Below, in pieces: positions 49,161 to 54,785 of a DNA stretch of 54,785 nucleotides. Source of the DNA: Octopus bimaculoides (Eukaryota); contig NC_068987.1 of NCBI RefSeq assembly GCF_001194135.2, positions 43,626,614-43,681,398 on the forward strand. The letters run 5' to 3'. The notes beneath the pieces were generated by a model, which saw nothing but the letters and a program-made list of their open reading frames with translations, made no database searches and was not told where the DNA came from. The stretch's first letter is position 1. The number at the start of each line of letters is the position of its first letter. The position numbers and the translations under genes were made by a program.

Positions 49161-49873
49161 GAAAACATAGCTGCTGCATTTGTCAGGGTAAAAGTTATCT
49201 CAGAGCTGGATGCACAAAAGAACTGGTAAAATTAAACAAACAAGCACAAAAAAAAGAAGGAAAACAAAAATACTGAAGATCAACAGCAATAGCAAGAGCA
49301 ACAAATGCCAGTTTCCTAAGTACCATCAGCCAAAACTTTGGGAGTGGTAATTGATATACCTTTATACCGAGTGTCAGAATAGATAAAAAGCAAACACCTT
49401 ATTTCCTATTAGTGCCAATCTGTAGTATCATGCCATTATGATGCAATGAGAAAGAAATAACTGTAGATGAAAATTTACAATTTAGAGAAAATAGAAAAGA
49501 AAAAAAAATTACTGAAAAGAAAACTCAGCGTAAAACAAACCATGAAAACAGGTGAGGACGAACAATTTCTTTGAAATTACAACAAAATCTCTCTTCAAGA
49601 AAATAACAAAGAAAATGAAAAGAACAAAGATGAACTAATATTCAGTGTTCCTTGAAAATCAAATTAACAGTTAATAGAAGAATTACACATTTATAGTGCC
49701 AAAGACTATGCAAAGAAGTTATGACACAAAAACACTTCAAAATGTAAATAACATGCAAAAGGTAGAATATTAGTAAAACTATGTCATTACACTAAATTTA
49801 AAGTGATTACCATTATGATGATTTTCAACACCAAACATTTTTAAAAAATTGGTTACTGGAGCATTCAGTTGTA

Positions 49874-50606
49874 TTGGATCATCTCATAAATAATACGTTT
49901 TTTCATACTTCTTTTATTTTTCAAAATTAAGATAAACAAAGTTATTTTTTAATCTAAAATATACTCTCCTTCATTTTCTACAATGCTCTTCCATCTATCT
50001 GGTAGACTTGCACGGCCTCTCTTTCCAAAATTCACTTGTCCGTGATGAAAAATACTCCTCCAGTACTGTTCTGACCTCTCTACAGAATTCATATTCTTTT
50101 CCATCCAAATGATTTTGAAGTCTGTGGAATAAATGATAATCAGATGGGGCAATGTCTGGTGAATATGGTGGGTGGGGGCATCGTTTCCCATTTAAACTGC
50201 TCCAGCCTCTCTGAAATGTCGTCATCACTGTATGTGGCCAACCATTATCCTGATGGAAGAACACATTTTGTCTTGAAACCAAAGATGGTTGTTTTTCTTC
50301 TAGTGCTGACTTAATCTGCTCAAACTGCTCACAGTAGATCTCCTTTGTTATCGTTTGGTTTGGGTTTAAAAGTTCAAAGTGGACTACACCTTTCATATCC
50401 CACCAAACAGATAATAACACCTTACGTGGGTGAAGACCTTCTTCAGCCTCGGGTGCCAGTGTTTTTCTTTTCCCTACCCACTGTCTTTGGTGCTTGATAT
50501 TTTTATAGAGAACCCATTTTTCATCACCTGTCACTATTTGGTTCAAAAAAAGGTTTATTTGTGAGACGTGACAGCAAAGAAGAGCACACATTCACATTCC
50601 TTGCTA
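49874..50606 (-). mobile_element. Mariner transposon, 5'-truncated
   Basis: IVTGDEKWVLY, LHPRKVLLSVWWD, HQDNG-PH, HPPYSPDIAPSDYHLF (D,D34D type); TA|TTGGATCATCTCATAAATAAT TIR at 49872. Confidence 0.93.
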
Positions 50607-50812
50607 TACTCATTGGCAACTCTCACCTTATTGACAGCATCCCTGTACATGGTTTGTACAGTTCTCACTAACCACTCATCTGTTCCTAGCTTCTACATTT
50701 TCCACCAGATAAGGAAGCAGGGAACCCTGTCAAAGGCTTTCTCCATGTCAACAAAAGTCAGATACAGAGGTTTATTTTTGGCCAGGTATTTCTCCTACAA
50801 TTGCCTCACTGA
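50607..50812 (-). mobile_element. RTE RT fragment abutting the mariner
   Basis: EKYLAKNKPLYLTFVDMEKAFDRVP...WLVRTVQTMY. Confidence 0.8.
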
Positions 50813-50814
50813 TA

Positions 50815-53515
50815 AATTAGACTCCAGTGAAACATTGGGATTGATGTAATCGATTAGTCCCCTCCCCCAAACAGAGAGTATGTTAGTACTGTGAGGTAAG
50901 ACAAAAGTATTGCTATTATGTTGTGTAGTTAGTTNNNNNNNNNNNNNNNNNNNNNNNNNNNNNNNNNNNNNNNNNNNNNNNNNNNNNNNNNNNNNNNNNN
51001 NNNNNNNNNNNNNNNNNNNNNNNNNNNNNNNNNNNNNNNNNNNNNNNNNNNNNNNNNNNNNNNNNNNNNNNNNNNNNNNNNNNNNNNNNNNNNNNNNNNN
51101 NNNNNNNNNNNNNNNNNNNNNNNNNNNNNNNNNNNNNNNNNNNNNNNNNNNNNNNNNNNNNNNNCTAGTTGCTGCTGCTGCTGGTGGTGGTGGTGGTGGT
51201 GGTGGTGGTGGTGGTGAACTGGCAGAATCGTTAGCACATTGGACGAAATGCTTAGTGGTACTTCGCTGATCGCTACATTCTGTGTTCAAATTCTGCAGAG
51301 GTCAACTTTGGCTTTCATCCTTTCAGTATCGATAAATTAAGGACCAGTGAAACACTTGGGTTGATGTAATTGACTATCACTCTCAACTAAATTTCAGGCC
51401 TTGTGCCTTTTGTAGAGAGGATTATTATTATCATTATTTTTTTTTTCATTGCAAAGGTGGTAGCATCATCATCATCATCATCATCGTTTAACGTCCGCTT
51501 TCCATGCTAGCATGGATTGGACGATTTGACTGAGGACTGGTGAAACCGGATGGCAACACCAGGCTCCAATCTAAATTTGGCAGAGTTTCTACAGCTGGAT
51601 GCCCTTCCTAACGCCAACCACTCAGAGAGTGTAGTGGGTGCTTTTACGTGTCACCTGCACGAAGGCCAGTCAGGCGATACTGGCAACGGCCACGCTCGAA
51701 ATGGTGTCTTTTATGTGCCACCCANNNNNNNNNNNNNNNNNNNNNNNNNNNNNNNNNNNNNNNNNNNNNNNNNNNNNNNNNNNNNNNNNNNNNNNNNNNN
51801 NNNNNNNNNNNNNNNNNNNNNNNNNNNNNNNNNNNNNNNNNNNNNNNNNNNNNNNNNNNNNNNNNNNNNNNNNNNNNNNNNNNNNNNNNNNNNNNNNNNN
51901 NNNNNNNNNNNNNNNNNNNNNNNNNNNNNNNNNNNNNNNNNNNNNNNNNNNNNNNNNNNNNNNNNNNNNNNNNNNNNNNNNNNNNNNNNNNNNNNAAAAT
52001 CCTACGGAAGCCAGTCAGGCGGTACTGGCAACGGCCACGCTCAAAATGGTGCATCTTATGTGCCACCAGCACAAGAGCCAGTCCAGGGGCACTGGCAACG
52101 ATCTTACTTGGCTTGCCGGGTCTTCTCACACACAGCACATTTCCAAAGGTCTCGGTCAGTAGTCATCGCCTCGGTGAGGCCCAATGTACGAAGGTCTTGC
52201 CTCACCACCTCAGCCCAGGTCTTCCTGGGCCTACCTCTTCCACGGGTTCCCTCAACTGTTAGGGTGTGGCACTTTTTCAGGCAGCTATCCTCATGCCTAC
52301 AAAATGCTTAGCAGCATTTCTTCTGGCTTTGCATTCTGAGTTCATATTCCATTGAGGTCAACTTTGCCTTTCATCCTTTTAGGGTCAATGAAATAAGTTA
52401 ATTTTACCAAGGTCAGTTTTTGCCTTTCATTCTCCAGAGTAGATAAAATATAGTACCATTCAAGTCCTTAGGTTCGTGAAGTCAACTAATTTCCTCTCCC
52501 TAAAGTTAATGCCTTTGTGCAAAAATTTGAAACCATCATTATTTGAGCTGGCAGAATCGTTCGCATACCAGATATAGCACTTGATGGCATTTTGTCTGTC
52601 TTTACATTCTGAGTTCAAATTCTACCAAGATCAGTTTTGCCCTTCATCCTTTCAAGGTTGGTAAGTGTCAATTGAGTACAGGGTCAATGTAATTGGCTAT
52701 CCCCGCCTCCAATATTTCAAGCCTTGTGTCTATAGTAGAAAGGATTATTATTATAATTATTAAGACAGTGAATCTGTAGAACAATGGAAAATATCTTGCT
52801 GTATTAACTTTTAGCACAATGCATTTTCTCTAGAATAGTTTCCCCTGCCATTGCCTTGTTACTACAGGAGAGAAAACTCATGTGGTGACATGATGCACCT
52901 AAAGTGTGCTAAAGGTTAAATAACATTCTTTTACATTGTGTGTTCAAAGCTCACTGGTGTCAATTTGACCATTCATCCTTCCAAGATTGATAAAGTAAAG
53001 TACAAGTGAATAACTAGGTTGGATATAATCAACTATTTCTTCGCCCCACCAAAAAAAAAAAGAAGTGGTTCTCTGTCAACTTTAGAAACTAGTAGAATAG
53101 TAGAATCAAGATAAGAGCAGATGATTGAATACCTGACACTGTTTAGTTACAGTACCAGTCAATGGGGTGATATCCATTTTCATTTAAGTAGGGTTGAAAC
53201 AAAACAGAAGTTAACAGCAATGTTTGTGCTCACTGCCTTGTGTCAACTACTCCAAATAGCATCTTAATTTTGAGCCCTTTATATTTTGAGTTCAAATTTC
53301 TTCAGGAACAACTTTGCCATTCATCTTTTCAGGATTGGTAACATGAAGTGCCTGTCAATTATTGAAGTAATTAACTAATCCCCTCTCCTCAAAAATTACT
53401 GCCATTGTGCCTGTATTAGAAACCATCTTTCCAGGGTTAATAAAATAACTAATCAAGTACTGGGAGGCAGTTTAATAAAATTTCAAGTCTTGTACTTTTG
53501 TAAGAAAGTCTTATT
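50815..53515 (+). mobile_element. Cluster of at least 6 co-oriented Deu/Nin-like SINE copies (one split by an RTE)
   Basis: The (C)TTTGCC(T/A)TTCATC(C/T)TT core recurs at ~51305, 52362, 52418, 52635, 52965 and 53312, separated by ATT-rich tails. Confidence 0.75.
51464..52294 (-). mobile_element. Young 5'-truncated RTE LINE inserted into a SINE head
   Basis: Near-identical to 638-1324; the interrupted SINE reads AAGGTGGT..AGCAT|GCC.ACAAAATGCTTAGC. Confidence 0.92.
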
Positions 53516-53545
53516 GTTGCTTATTATCAATTTCCATCTTTGCAG

Positions 53546-53835
53546 GTGAATACGGTAATGCAATGGTGTCATTTTTCCATTTCCTGCGATGGTTGGTCAC
53601 ACTGAATTTCCTGTTGATGCTCATCATGCTGTGTGTAACCACCTTTCCTTTTGTGTCTTCCTATAAACACCTAGACTTTAGCTTTTACGTGGAACATTCT
53701 GATGAAGAATGGTTTAAAAGCAGTCAGTATGTTCAGGATGCTAAGTACTGTTCAGAGAATTATTCTGACTTCACAAAGGAGGAATTAAAGAAGAGGAAGG
53801 TTCATGAACACATCAAAGATGCCCTTCAAGGAACT
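53546..53835 (+). CDS. TMC: TMC-family channel, coding exon C (first TM helix + extracellular loop)
   Basis: TTTGCAG acceptor, GTATGT donor, 290 nt, phase 1 to 0. (G)EYGNAMVSFFHFLRWLVTLNFLLMLIMLCVTTFP...DALQGT matches TMC G.FG..V.SYF.FLRWL..LN and D.L.GT. Confidence 0.92.
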
Positions 53836-54140
53836 GTATGTATCCCCCTTCACTTCTCTTTCTCCCCCCTCTCCCCCCTCTCTCTCACACACACACCTCA
53901 TCAGTCCATTGTCTTTCTTTCCTTTTCCAACTTTTTCCATTCACTTCTCCTCACCATTACATAAACTCTCTCTTTATCATTGATACTCATCTCTCTTTTT
54001 CTTTCTTTTCTCAGTCTTTTCTGCTCTTTCTCTTTCTTAATGTATTTCTCCCTTTTGTTTTTATTTTTCCTCTTTCTACCTATGTTTCTTTCTTGCATTA
54101 TTTAACCCCACTCCTGTGTGTGTGTTTGTATGTATGCATG

Positions 54141-54430
54141 TCTATATATATAAAGATGAGAATGTGTGTGTCTGTCTGTCTGTGTGAATCCCTAAAACTC
54201 GAGAACTACAAAACCGATTTCATTCAAATTTTACACATGCCTTTCTTAGGGTTTATGCAGTGTCATGGGCCAAAAGAATTTTCAAATTCTTGCCTAATGC
54301 GAGCCAACTATTTCTTATCTCTTCCACTATTTCAGTATTATGTGTCAAAAGTGAAACAATAACGTCTCTCTATTGTAATGTCAGATACTGACACTTTAAT
54401 AGTTTCACTATTAATACTGAAACTATTAAC
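54141..54430 (+). mobile_element. Non-autonomous Helitron-like element
   Basis: TCTATATATATAAAGATGAGAATGTGTGTGTCTGTCTG 5' end, typical of Helitron non-autonomous families. Confidence 0.55.
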
Positions 54431-54468
54431 TCATATATACAGGCATACATATATACATGCATACATAC

Positions 54469-54526
<58 letters not shown>

Positions 54527-54785
54527 GCAAAGAAAGAGGTTTGGAGATGCCACTACGATAGATTGCTTAATAAAGAGAATGAATGGGAGAAAGAGAGCCT
54601 GCCGTATGTCGACCCAATAGAGGGACCAGCTATCCGAGTTGATAGTACCAGGGTAGATAAAGCAATTAAGAGTATGAAGGCCGGGAAAGCCCCCGGCCCA
54701 TCAGGAATCACTGCAGAGATGCTCAAAATATCTGGCAGTGTTGGCTATAGCCTAGTCACCCGTATTACGAACCAGGTGATACACG
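54527..54785 (+). mobile_element. RTE LINE, 5'-truncated, open RT N-terminal frame running off the window
   Basis: WRCHYDRLLNKENEW...KSMKAGKAPGPSGITAEMLK is uninterrupted; starts right after a (CA)n(TA)n run. Confidence 0.9.

Noticed and set aside
50929-51237. Poly-His/Gln or poly-Pro/Gly ORFs
   Set aside because: They are a trinucleotide run at a SINE head next to a gap.
53836-53964. Extension of the TMC ORF beyond DALQGT
   Set aside because: A GTATGT donor at 53836 marks the exon end, and the continuation is low-complexity CT-rich intron.

Overview
Repeat-rich, AT-rich animal genomic DNA with many N gaps, most likely Octopus (inferred from the SINE families, RTE LINE ends with (GAT)n tails and dense TA/CA/ATT/CAT microsatellites). 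The only host gene I can support is a TMC (transmembrane channel-like) gene on the + strand. Three frame-compatible GT-AG exons (36751-36814, 46386-46467, 53546-53835) splice to ...WKKERKQ|KWNHF...LWSNSIKAIK|GEYGNAMVSFFHFLRWLVTLN...DALQGT. A possible ATG exon lies at 4334-4414, and the gene continues past the window. The rest is decayed and nested transposable elements: Helitrons, RTE, Dong/R4 and CR1-like LINEs, Penelope-like elements, mariners, hAT and mariner MITEs, a HINE, tRNA-derived SINEs and a solo LTR. The most notable structures are: (1) a mariner-in-Penelope junction present twice at the identical TA, which suggests a mobile composite; (2) three Dong/R4 LINEs chained head-to-tail, each bounded by (TAA)n; (3) a TG..CA solo LTR with a 4-bp TSD that splits a Helitron helicase motif and carries a compact promoter; (4) two TMC consensus deviations that A-to-I editing could restore. 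There are no CRISPR arrays, rRNA genes or true tRNA genes. Most boundaries of old repeats are approximate, and family names come from recalled motifs, not database searches.
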